A stretch of 64,000 bases of DNA, from NCBI GenBank assembly GCA_950097015.1, contig CATNEN010000024.1, positions 4,650,001 to 4,714,000 on the forward strand, in the 5' to 3' direction. The position numbers were made by a program, and so were the translations under genes. Positions 51,758 through 62,570 of this stretch are shown in pieces. The stretch is from Macrostomum hystrix. Taxonomy: Eukaryota; Animalia; Platyhelminthes. The notes under the pieces are model-generated. The model ran no database searches, had not been told where the DNA came from, and saw only the letters and a list, made by a program, of their open reading frames with translations. The stretch's first letter is position 1. The number at the start of each line of letters is the position of its first letter.

Positions 51758-52092
51758 ACAATGATCCCCAGTTGACAATGATCCCCCAGTTGACAATCTT
51801 CCCCCAGTTGACAATGATCCCCAGTTGATGATGATCCCCCAGTTGACAATGATCCCTCCAGTTGACAATGATCCCCCAGTTGACAATGATCCCCCAGTTG
51901 ACAATGATCCCCCAGTTGACCATTATCACCCAGTTGACAATGATCCCCCAGTTGATGATTATCCCCCAGTTGACAATTATCCCCCATTTGATGATGACTC
52001 CCCAGTTGACAATGATCCCCCAGTTGACCATGATCACCATTTGATGTTGACTCCCCATTGACAATGATCCCCAGTTGACAATGTTCCTCAGT
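51758..52092. repeat. About 18-bp minisatellite (GATCCCCCAGTTGACAAT)n, module 1
   Basis: Direct reading; second array at 53103-53750. Confidence 0.92.
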
Positions 52093-52244
52093 TGAATTTC
52101 TATATTAGCTGCTTTTGTAGAAAATTGTGAAGAACAACAATTAAATGAATATGAGGCAAAATTATTATCATACAAATATATATCACTATGACGTTATAAG
52201 ATAACAAAATAAAAATCTAGAGAATTCAATTCAATAAAAAATTT

Positions 52245-52641
52245 CTTTTATGATTCAAACTTTGGTTTAGCCATGATTCAAACTGACTTTGCCATGATTC
52301 AAGCGCCGGTTTTGCCATGATTCAAACTCTGGTTTTGCCGTGATTTAAACGCTTGTTTTGCCATGATTGAAACGCTGGTTTTGCCATGATTGAAACTCTG
52401 ATTTTGGCATGATTGAAACGCTGGTTTTGCCATGATTCAAACTCTGGTTTAGCCATGATTCAAACTCTGGTTTTGCCATGATTTAAACGCTTGTTTTGCC
52501 ATGATTGAAACGCTGGTTTTGCCATGATTGAAACTCTGGTTTTGGCATGATTGAAACGCTGGTTTTGCCATGATTCAAACTCTGGTTTAGCCATGATTCA
52601 AACTCTGGATTAGCCATGATTCAAACACTGGTTTTGCCATG
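52245..52641. repeat. 23-bp minisatellite (GCCATGATTCAAACTCTGGTTTW)n, module 1
   Basis: Direct reading; further arrays at 53917-54048 and, inverted, 59458-59638. Confidence 0.92.
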
Positions 52642-52740
52642 CAAAAGTTAATTAAAAGTTTCCCCTGAATTCTCAAAGTTCTGGCTTTGTACAATGAAGT
52701 TAGAAAATAGAGTTCACTTAGGGTGTGTACATTTATTACG

Positions 52741-53019
52741 CTAGGGGGCGTTGCGCAAGTTGACGATGCAATTCAAATTTAGCGGCAGTCAGTGAAATTC
52801 TCAATAGGCCAAGATGGTTTCACCTTTGAAAAAATGGGCAAAACAACATGTTTTTGCAACTTTTATGCCATTTAGAATGAAGCAATTGTTTAACAAAAAG
52901 TTATGTACCGTTGTTGGAAATTTGGCCTCTTTTGGCGAAAGAATGGTAAAAATCGGTTCAGCCGTTTTTTTTCTTGTGGAAAAGTGAACACACAAGATTT
53001 TCATTTTTAGTATATAAGA
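52741..53019 (-). mobile_element. Short non-autonomous Helitron-like element
   Basis: Minus strand starts TCTTATATACTAAAAATGAAAATCTTGTGTG, contains AAAACGGCTGAACCGATTTT, and has a candidate 3' CTAG at 52741-52744. Confidence 0.6.
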
Positions 53020-53046
53020 CTAGCAAGATTTTGCCCCACTTCGGGG
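53020..53046 (-). mobile_element. Helitron-type 3' end (hairpin plus CTAG)
   Basis: Minus strand CCCCGAAGTGGGG hairpin followed by CAAAATCTTG-CTAG|T, directly abutting the TC start of the next element. Confidence 0.6.
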
Positions 53047-53102
53047 AGCAGAAATATTTTAAATTTGTCTAGTATATACTTTTTAGCAGCTGTATTTAAA
53101 GC

Positions 53103-53750
53103 TACAATGATCACCCAGTTGTAATGATCCCCCACTTGACAATGATCACCCAGTTGACAATGATCCCCCAGTTGGCCATGATCCCCCAGTTGACAATGAT
53201 CCCCCAGTTGATGATGATCACCCAGTTGACAATGATCACCCCAGTTGACAATGATCACCCATGCAGTTGACAATGATCCCCCAGTTGACAATGATCCCTC
53301 AGTTGACAATGATCCCCCAGTTGATGATGATCACCCAGTTGACCTTGATCCCCCCAGTTGACAATGATCCCCAGTTGACAATGATTCCCCAGTTGACAAT
53401 GATCCCCCAGTTGACAATGTTTCCCCAGTTGACAATGATCCCAGTTGACAATGATCCCCCAGTTGACAATTATCCCCCAGTTGACAATGATCCCCCAGTT
53501 GACAATGATCCCCCAGTTGACAATGATCCCTCAGTTGACAATTATCCCCAGTTGACAATGATCCCCCAGTTGACAATGATCCCCCAGTTGACAATGATCA
53601 CCCAGTTCACAATGATCCCCCAGTTGGCCATGATTACCCAGTTGACAATGATTACCCAGTTGACAATGATCACCCATGCAGTTGACAATGATCCCCCAGT
53701 TGATGATGACTCCCCATTGATGATGATCCCCAGTTGACAATGTTCCTCAG
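53103..53750. repeat. About 18-bp minisatellite, module 2
   Basis: Direct reading. Confidence 0.92.
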
Positions 53751-53916
53751 TTGAATTTTTCTATTAGCTGCTTTTGTAGAAAATTGAGAAGAACAACATG
53801 AAATGAATATTAGACACAATTACGAGCTATTATCATACAAATATATATCATTATGACGTTATACGATAACAAAACATAAATGTAGAGAATTCGATTCAAA
53901 AACAAATGAAAAATTT

Positions 53917-54048
53917 TGCCATGATTCACACCCTGGTTTTGACATGATTCAAACTCTGGTTTAGCCATAATTCAAACTCTGGTGTAGCCATGATTCAAAC
54001 TCTGGTTTTGCCATGATTAAAACTCTGGTGTAGCCATGATTCAAACTC
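53917..54048. repeat. 23-bp minisatellite, module 2
   Basis: Direct reading. Confidence 0.9.
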
Positions 54049-54265
54049 TCATACAAATTTTTTATTTCTACTAAACTGAAAATAGCTTGCTAGCAAATGT
54101 GTTAAGTGGCTCATTTACTTATTCTACCTTAAGGTAATATCTGTGGGGTAGCGTAGCCGGTATCTTTTAAAGAAATGGCAGTGGCACGAAGTGCTCAGCA
54201 TCTTTGTAAAGTGCAAAGTAATCGCAAACGGGGCAGAGTTCGCTCCTGGGCGAAAGGTCGCCCCA

Positions 54266-55392
54266 AGAGCCGGAGCCAGAGTGGGTGCCTACCCGGCCCC
54301 AGGTGAGCCGGGGCATTATAAATGCGCGGCTCTTGGTGGGTAGCTGGTCCGCCGCCTCCTGCCTTCCCCTCTCCGACTACGCTCTTGACGTCAGATTTAT
54401 AACTTACCTGCGCACAAAGCAAATTAACGGCCAGTCGGACCCGTCAACTGGGTGTCAATGTTCAACGGGCATCAAGTGCAACTAAAAGTAAGTCGCTGCC
54501 TCGACTCAATTCTTTCGGCTGTCAGAGAGGGGTTGTCCGTGTGTCCTGACGCCGATCAGTGGAAGGAGGGGCACTCTGTACCGTATCGCTATACGCTTAC
54601 GCCAGCTCATGCGTCCTGATGCCTTGCTGAAGGTGGTCGACACCACCGCGTCCCCTACGCGTGTGCCTGCCACGTGGGTGCGACCCGACGTCCCAGACTT
54701 AGGACCCGTGTGAACACTCGCATCCTGTCGCAGGCCAGCACGGGCCCGTGTAGCAGTACTCTTCCCAGACCCTCTGGGAACAAGGCGCAACCCCTCCGGG
54801 GATTCTGGAGTACAACACCGTCTTTAAGGGATCCGTCCTAATTGCAGTGCACCTCCTAGTAGTTCCATGGTCGCTAGCTGCTTGGCTCGAAGGGATGATG
54901 ACTTTGAAGCGTTGCGTGAGATTGAGAGTGCCTGGTTCGCCGTCAGATACGACGTGGAGTCCACCGCAGTCTCCTAAATCTCTAAGGCACAGGTCGGCGT
55001 GGAACAGAGCCTCGCGCTTAGCCATGGCTCTTTGTGGCGTGAAACGGACGCCGGCATCAATAAGCCGACGTACGCGCCGTTTTAGCTGCTTCCCAGCGGA
55101 AAAATGTCCAACGGGGATCTTTGAGAAAGGCATTAACAGTAGAAATACCACGATTTTCCCCCCCTGGGGAAAGACCATGGGGTATTGCAAACACCCACTG
55201 CCTATTTCACGATAGCTCCCTAACCGAATAACCATTTTTCATTAAAGTCCACCATCTCTCGATCTGAATCAAAATTTTGTTCCTACAAGAGGATCTCCAC
55301 GTCAAGCCAGTGTCCATGTCCGTATGCACTCGATGGATAGGACCACCACAGTCCTCATAGGTCCGGTGCAAAGCTTCAGCTATAATGCGCGA
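54266..55392 (+). repeat. Arm B1 (1127 bp) of an inverted repeat (partner 58228-59347)
   Basis: Reverse-complement match from AGAGCCGGAGCC to TATAATGCGCGA; about a dozen substitutions and 7 bp of indels counted by eye. Confidence 0.95.
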
Positions 55393-55598
55393 CGCGCGTT
55401 TTGATAAGTTCTCGTTTGATAAATTACTAGCACAATCCATTGCTTAGAATTGAAATCGATGAGTAAGAAGACACCTACTGGTTGATCAAAGAGGTGACAA
55501 AAATGTGGGGATTTGGGGATGGTTATCGCGAGCAGTAGCATCAATACACAATCTCATCTCGGGAGTGAAATCATTTTGCCTTTTTCGTCCCATCGAGT

Positions 55599-58228
55599 CA
55601 TTGCTGATCTTTGTTTGAGCTTATTCAGACTTTTGCCCTGGTCCCTTATCCATGCAGAGCGATGAAATGTGCTTTCCTACTTCAGATTTAACCACAAAGC
55701 AGCAAAATAAGTTACTCAGCGGGTATAGAGATAATCCCTGAGCCCTGAGGAGCAGCATACGTACAGTCGATCATTTTTTCACTTTAACTGCAGGTATCCC
55801 GATTTACATATTGAAATATTGCATATTGAAAGCAAGACAAAAGACTGTATTTTTTCATTGCGATAATCAGTTAGAGCTCAACTGTCAACGTGTTGCAATA
55901 TAACTGCAAAAATACGAACATTGAGTCGAACAAGTGTTAGTCCAAGTGAAAACGTATACTAAAAAAATTGATTTCAACTGTTAGCCCATGCTCAAATAGT
56001 CGATTGTTACTTCTTGCCGAAAATCACAGCAAGATAGAACTCAATGCAGTACCTGAAGCAGCGAGCTGGCTTCCAGTAAATTACACACATCGAGTCCCAA
56101 AGGGGCAGGATAAATTTAAGTACACGACTGCTCTGCATCAAACCGAGAATGAGAGACAAGATCCCAACTAGCGCATAGAAGACATCATTTAGCACCCAGT
56201 TGGCACTGTTCCCAGAAAAGCTGAACACTCGAAGCGCATTTGAGCCGAAAACACCAACGCTATAATCAAAAAAGTGGTTAATTAGGGGCGTCGACACGTT
56301 GATGCTGCTTAATTTGTTACTTCCCAATAACTTCCTGAAACTAGCTGTGAAGACATTTTTATAAATTTGCGCACCAAACAGATGCACACCAGACAAAATT
56401 CCAAGTGCGATAAGGCGCTTCTTGAAAAGCAGAATGAATTCCATCATTTTCCAGTGCAGCGAGCGGCCCAGCTGTCCAGTTTGCTGAACAATAGATGCAT
56501 GTAATAAACTGAGCAAGAATAGAACCACATTAATGGAACTGAACGCAAATCCATATGGCTCCTTGGGAAACACGAAATCGCGGAGTTGGTCACTGTCAGC
56601 TACAAGACAGACAGCAATGACGCTCAGAGGCAAGGTGAGCCTGGTAAGAATTTGCCAGGGACCAGACATCAGCTCTGGAAAGCCAAGCGACTCAAACACT
56701 AGCTCGAGGGTAGCTTTGTAAATCGCGATACGCACACCAATAAAGCCGAGAGCCATGATGATTGGATGCAGCAAAGACGCGCCATCGATTATCATCCATG
56801 GGCTTTTGTGGTTAAATTCTTGTCGAAATGAGTAAATAACTTCTGTGTAGTCGAAAAGCGTCTGATAAAGCCAATCTTTTGAATCTTCGAAAAGGTCGCG
56901 ATGCGTCTCGCGCTTGAAGTTACCGATGTAACCTGCCATGCGCTGACGTGTCAAGTTGATTACTCCAATAGTGGCGTGTCGGAGAATGCAGATGGCGCTC
57001 TTGTAAGCTATGGTGACCACCATTAAAAACAAGAGGTTCTTTTTTAGCAGAGAAACTAGCTGCTTGTTATTCTGATGCGGCTTGCGGCAGCAGTGGAGCA
57101 CAACCAGGTAGCCACCAGTGATCATCATCTGATTCGCATAGTACACGTTTGGCAAGAAGAATGTGAACTTGAATTCATCATTGAAATTATCGCGCCGAGT
57201 AATTAGGTTGCTAATCTTGGCGGTGGTCAACGGCTGTCTGAAGCTATTCACGAATAGTGCAAGAAGGAGCAACAGACTGGGAATCGTGAGCAGGTAGGTA
57301 ATAATTCGGATAGCCTTGCTCAGTGAAGGCTGCACCAGAATGAGCAGAAAGGCGCCAAGAAACAGCCACATGACGAACTGTGCGTGGCCACCATCGTACG
57401 TGCTACTGCTGGGCTGATAGATTCCGCTGTAATAAATTTTGCCATAGTGCTTGAAGAACTCCTCCAATGGAGTGCTGCACATGGCCTTCTTTTCCTCATT
57501 GGCTTCGATAGATGAGTTGAGCAGTAGACAGCACATGTCGGTATTCCACGGATTGTTGCAAGTCCACAGAGACACATGCGGATTCAGATTTTGTAGGAAA
57601 AATGTCAGCGAAAATGTCAGGATCTTGTGGGCGTTGGCCGTGCCGGCAAGAATGGTTTGAAACTGATGCAAAACAATGATACACAAAACGATCTTGGCAA
57701 ATCTGTTGTAGCTGTATGCTCGAAGCAGGTTCCCATTGCTAAAGGAACCAATCAGCATCTCTACAAGGTAGACTGGCAGCGAGATGAAGAGAAAGCAGCT
57801 AAGATTTGCGAACAGTGTGATGATAATGCTGCCGTTGTTTCTATAGAAATAGAGCGGTGGCAAGTACACCATGAGCAGTGCCATCCAGATATCAGAGTGG
57901 CTGATCAAGTGGCGCTCGTGCGGCCGCTGCGAAGCTAGGGGAAAGCTGCTAAACAACTTCATCGCATTGTTTGTCATTGTCGCAATTCAAATTGTGATTT
58001 TCAAATGGCTGAATGCTGAGTATCGTTTCACTGAGTGCTTTATCTTTCTGATTTATCTTGAAAATAACTTTTTTTCATGCCAGACGACGGCTAGACGAAA
58101 AGATAAGCTGCTTAACTGTATTGACATAGAATTGCACACATTTTAAGAACAAGAATTGGCACCGGCCGTTATTGATGTCTATGGCATTTCGGATGCTTTA
58201 ACATTCCTAAAAGTACAAGTAAATGCAT
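55599..58228 (-). repeat. Arm A2 of the 2.63-kb inverted duplication
   Basis: Reverse complement of 48176-50806. Confidence 0.95.
56007..57977 (-). CDS. Divergent SLC6/NSS-like protein, intronless, 656 aa (copy 2)
   Basis: Same ORF as 48428-50398 with five amino-acid differences seen (TS to NF, V to I, Y to N, M to I) plus several synonymous changes. Confidence 0.75.
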   Translation of the reverse strand: MTNNAMKLFSSFPLASQRPHERHLISHSDIWMALLMVYLPPLYFYRNNGSIIITLFANLSCFLFISLPVYLVEMLIGSFSNGNLLRAYSYNRFAKIVLCIIVLHQFQTILAGTANAHKILTFSLTFFLQNLNPHVSLWTCNNPWNTDMCCLLLNSSIEANEEKKAMCSTPLEEFFKHYGKIYYSGIYQPSSSTYDGGHAQFVMWLFLGAFLLILVQPSLSKAIRIITYLLTIPSLLLLLALFVNSFRQPLTTAKISNLITRRDNFNDEFKFTFFLPNVYYANQMMITGGYLVVLHCCRKPHQNNKQLVSLLKKNLLFLMVVTIAYKSAICILRHATIGVINLTRQRMAGYIGNFKRETHRDLFEDSKDWLYQTLFDYTEVIYSFRQEFNHKSPWMIIDGASLLHPIIMALGFIGVRIAIYKATLELVFESLGFPELMSGPWQILTRLTLPLSVIAVCLVADSDQLRDFVFPKEPYGFAFSSINVVLFLLSLLHASIVQQTGQLGRSLHWKMMEFILLFKKRLIALGILSGVHLFGAQIYKNVFTASFRKLLGSNKLSSINVSTPLINHFFDYSVGVFGSNALRVFSFSGNSANWVLNDVFYALVGILSLILGLMQSSRVLKFILPLWDSMCVIYWKPARCFRYCIEFYLAVIFGKK

Positions 58229-59347
58229 CGCGCATTATAGCTGAAGCTTTGCACCGGACCTATGAGGACTGTGGTGGTCCTATCCATCGAGTGCATACGG
58301 TCATGGACACTGGCTTGACGTGGAGATCCTCTTGTAGGAACAAAATTTTGATTCAGATCGAGAGATGGTGGACTTTAATGAAAAATGGTTATTCGGTTAG
58401 GGAGCTATCGTGAAATAGGCCGTGGGTGTTTGCAATACCCCATGGTCTTTCCCCAGGGGGGAAAAATCGTGGTATTTCTACTGTTAATGCCTTTCTCAAA
58501 GATCCCCGTTGGACATTTTTCCGCTGGGAAGCAGCTAAAACGGCGCGTACGTCGGCTTATTGATGCCGGCGTCCGTTTCACGCCACAAAGAGCCATGGCT
58601 AAGCACGAGGCTCTGTTCCACGCCGACCTGTGCCTTTGAGATTTAGGAGACTGCGGTGGACTCCACGTCGTATCTGACGGCGAACCAGGCACTCTCAATC
58701 TCACGCAACGCTTTAAAGTCATCATCCCTTCGAGGCAAGCAGCTAGCGACCATGGAACTACTAGGAGGTGCACTGCAATTAGGACGGATCCCTTAAAGAC
58801 GGTGTTGTACTCCAGAATCCCCGGAGGGGTTGCGCCTTAGAGGGTCTGGGAACAGTCTGCTACACGGGCCCGTGCTGGCCTGCGACAGGATGCGAGTGTT
58901 CACACGGGTCCTAAGTCTGGGACGTCGGGTCGCACCCACGTGGCAGGCACACGCGTAGGGGACGCGGTGGTGTCGACCACCTTCAGCAAGGCGTCAGGAC
59001 GCACGAGCTGGCGTAAGTGTATAGCGATACGGTACAGAGTGCCCCTCCTTCCACTGATCGGCGTCAGGACAAACGGACAACCCCTCTCTGACAGCCGAAA
59101 GAATTGAGTCGAGGCAGCGACTTACTTTTAGTTGCACTTGATGCCCGTTGAACATTGACACCCAGTTGACGGGTCCGACTGGCCGTTAATTTGCTTTGTG
59201 CGCAGGTAAGTTATAAATCTGACGTCAAGAGCGTAGTCGGAGAGGGGAAGGCAGGAGGCGGCGGACCAGCTACCCACCAAGAGCCGCGCATTTATAATGC
59301 CCCGGCTTACCTGGGGCCGGGTAGGCACCCACTCTGGCTCCGGCTCT
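58228..59347 (-). repeat. Arm B2 (1120 bp)
   Basis: Reverse complement of 54266-55392. Confidence 0.95.
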
Positions 59348-59457
59348 GGCCCCATCCTGGGCCCTGCTCCACTGGTACCGATCCCCACTGCACAGTCATC
59401 AATCGCCAAATTGGACGGGCAATACCATGCCGCAGTTCCGCGCCCGTCTCGCAGGCT

Positions 59458-59638
59458 ATGGCTAAACCAGAGTTTGAATCATGGCTAAACCAGAGTTTGA
59501 ATCATGGCTACACCAGAGTTGGAATCATGGCTAGACCAGAGTTTAAATCATGGCTAAACCAGAGTTTGAATCATGGCAAAACCAGAGTTTAAGAATCATG
59601 GCAAAACCAGAGTTTGAATCATGGCTACACCAGAGTTC
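59458..59638. repeat. 23-bp minisatellite, inverted relative to the 52245 and 53917 arrays
   Basis: (ATGGCTAAACCAGAGTTTGAATC)n is the reverse complement of the module unit. Confidence 0.9.
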
Positions 59639-60494
59639 AAAGCCTTGCCAATCGACGCAACAACCAGTGCCCAGACCACCCTCCCAACAACCGGCCGTCG
59701 CAGCACCAGCCGAACAAGAGACTCCAGAAGACAGCACCGATGAAGAAGCCCCGGATCTTGACAAGGAGATAGCTGCACCGACGACTACGACTACCCTGGA
59801 CGGCGATGTGCCAACGAAGCCGACACGCACAAAAAGTGGCAGGAAAGTACATTTCAACAAGAAGAATGACAATTTTTACTTCTGACTGTAATCTACGAAC
59901 TTCGGTAACTTCATGGCTATAACTTTTACAAGTGAATTAAGTGTACATAATCCATTTTTATCCATGTGCCTTATCCATAATCGTAATTTTCATCTCGCCT
60001 GTACAAATCTACATCTACCCTCAGTACCAATTCATAACTCGCATTTTATTCCCGTCAGACTCCGTCCACGGCGGGGGGGACTGTTGTAGGAACAGTATTC
60101 TAGAAATTTCTACGTAAAAAAATTGAATTCCCGCGCGAATCTTCCAGAATGACTTTTCTAGAATATTCCGGATTCTGGAATGTTCTGTATAAACTACAAT
60201 AGATATAATATGCCCACCACGCTAAATCTTCAACCGTTTCTTCAATCTCGACAACTAACACTCTCGAGCGACAAAAAGCAAACGAACCACCGCCTTGGTC
60301 GTGATTATTTAATAATATTATTTAATAACTCTCACTGGCTCCATCTTGCTGCCAATGCCCGGTGAACTAACGTGTTCGAGCTTCTGTATGTCACAAATTT
60401 TCTGTTGGTTAGTTTGTACGAAATCGACTGTGCAGTCAGAGCCTGCTTCCCAGGCTAAAACAAGGACCACTGTATAGTAACTGCTTATACTACA
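59639..60494 (+). mobile_element. 3' remnant of a Ty3/Gypsy-like LTR retrotransposon: pol tail, PPT (about 60069-60080) and LTR (about 60082-60494)
   Basis: Pro/acidic ORF tail ending PTRTKSGRKVHF (TRSGR-type pol end); GGCGGGGGGGA purine tract directly before TGTTGTAGG; candidate LTR end ...TACTACA. No 5' LTR in the window. Confidence 0.55.
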
Positions 60495-62424
60495 GTAGTT
60501 CTTGGGCTAAAGCAATTCCCATGTACAGTACATACACAAGCAGTGAAACGCCAGAATTTTCGAACTCGAGTCGATTCTGTATCAATTCGTGGTCCAAATT
60601 AGCACTTACGAGCGCTAGCTTTACTAAGCTGAATTACTTGATCTAGCTCGTATCTAGACAAGTTTAGTTCACCCAATAAAATTGATCTCATATATAGATT
60701 TTGCTTAGTTTTACATCATAGTCAGCTTTACCCATGGCTACTTAAAACTCAGAAATTTAATTTTCCTGTATACATAGTTTGTTTCTAGCCTTTGGTGCTC
60801 CGCTTGCTTTTTTGTCACGCTCTGTGAAGTGTTGAACTCAGCTTTTCGTCACAATAATTGTTTAAAGAAGAAAGCTAGGTCATAAGTACTTTTATTGGAT
60901 TTGGAAAGTTTCTATTCCAAACAAAAAGACTTCGTAATTAGAAGTCGACGTCATATGTACCCGAAATGATGGGCCTGTTCGGCAATGTGTTGTGTCAATC
61001 GCTGGATACAAAATTGATAAGCAGCGCCGGCGCTTAACAACTAAAAATGTTTAAAATAAAAAGAAAATAAAATAAAACTATAACTTTCAAAGTTAAACAA
61101 AATAGGTCAAAGCTCTCATTATTGGACAGTCGTCGTTACTTTCTTTTATTTATTTATATTTCTGTTTATATAAGCTATTTTTATGTTGAAAGAAATTAGA
61201 CGCTTAACTTTATTTAAGCAAATCTTAACATTCGCGCATTTTTGTTGCGCCAATTTGTATTTAGTGGTATATTAATAATCATAAGTCATTATATTTGCGT
61301 GGTCGCCATTTGAACAAATAAAAAAGATAAAATGTTCGGAAGGCTGCATTTCCTGGCTTGATATAATATAATCACTTGCTGATGGCAATTTGTAATGACG
61401 CTTTGCTGACGCACGCGCTGATCCCTACAGGTTGTTAATTAATACTAATACTAATACTAATATGGCGTCTGGACCACAGTTAAAGTTAGTTGAGGTTCAG
61501 GTATCTAAAAATTCAAATATTTTATACTCGTACTAAACTAGTGACTAAGGTCCAGAATCGGGCACCCGCCAAACCAGTTGCCACTGGTGTTACCTTATTA
61601 TAACTAGTAATTTAAACAAATATTTAATACATGATTTATATAATATTTCGGTACAGTAAATGCAGTATATATGAGACGACTTAGAATAACTAAATTATAA
61701 TAAAAACTTACAATAACAATTTTGACTTCAATACAAATTTAAAATAGAATAACGATTTCATTACAAATATAAAATTGTGTGGTACGACGGACTTTAATTC
61801 AATGAAGTAAATAGTCGAAATTAAGATGCTATGCAATAGGTTTACTTAAAAGATCGGATAAAATTTCATTTTTTATTCAATGAAATATCTGAATAGCTTA
61901 TTTCTTCACTAGGCGGGCTGGCCTGGCGCGTTTTGCGGGTGTTAACGACGTTAGCGACATTTTACCGCGCAGTAAAATGTCGCTAACTTGTGTCAACGTT
62001 AAATTTATATTTCTAATTTACCATTAGAACAGTGCTCTCATTTTTGTGATTAAGCACTCATGAAACTTTTTAATGAGTTGTAATTTAAGTAGCGATGTTC
62101 TCATGTTCTAGTTTATAGTTTCTAGTTTACAACAGTTTCTAGTTTATTTAAATTTTTTAGAATAGTTAGTAAAGGAGAGATGGTATGGTATGCAGCCTAC
62201 AGGGCTTGGCCCAGCTGGCCCTGGGCCCTGGACCTGGGCTATAAGACATAGATTATATCATATTGTATTCGCTAACTCTAGTGGCAAATTATGTTTCATT
62301 TCTCCTAAAGCCTCACCAGTTTGCATAAACCTTAAGCTTAAGCTTTATCTCTAGATTATATACAATAAATATGTTACATGAGGCATTATTACCTTACTAT
62401 AGGATCATATGTAGCAATTCCCAA

Positions 62425-62570
62425 TTGCGACTTAGTTTTCCCTCACCTTATCTGTGCATAACTTACCTATCCCTCCTCTGCAACTTAGTTTTCCCTCAGT
62501 TGCAACTTAGTTCTCCCTCATACTTGTCACTTAGTTTTCCTATTAACTGCAACTTTGTTTTTTGCCTATC
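62425..62570. repeat. Degenerate about 20-bp repeat (GCAACTTAGTTTTCCCTCA), 4-5 copies
   Basis: Direct reading. Confidence 0.6.

Larger units (their letters stand above)
54266..59347. mobile_element. Putative composite (Pack/foldback-like) element: B1, 206-bp spacer, SLC6-like copy, B2
   Basis: 1.12-kb terminal inverted repeats; flanks CGCCCCA (54259-54265) and GGCCCCA (59348-59354); no transposase recognised. Confidence 0.5.

Noticed and set aside
55207-55500. DDE integrase remnant in arm B (LLIDFNSKQW...HRVHTDMDTG...IERWWTLMK)
   Set aside because: It needs a frameshift, the D-to-E spacing is too short, and the IERWW segment is the antisense of a non-coding repeat motif also present at 45800. 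Kept only as something for an HMM search (rve) to test.
48176-59347. Inverted duplications as pure fold-back sequencing artefacts
   Set aside because: The arms differ by scattered substitutions, including several synonymous ones, with both ORFs intact; artefactual fold-backs would be identical or show random indels. Haplotype mis-joining is not fully excluded.
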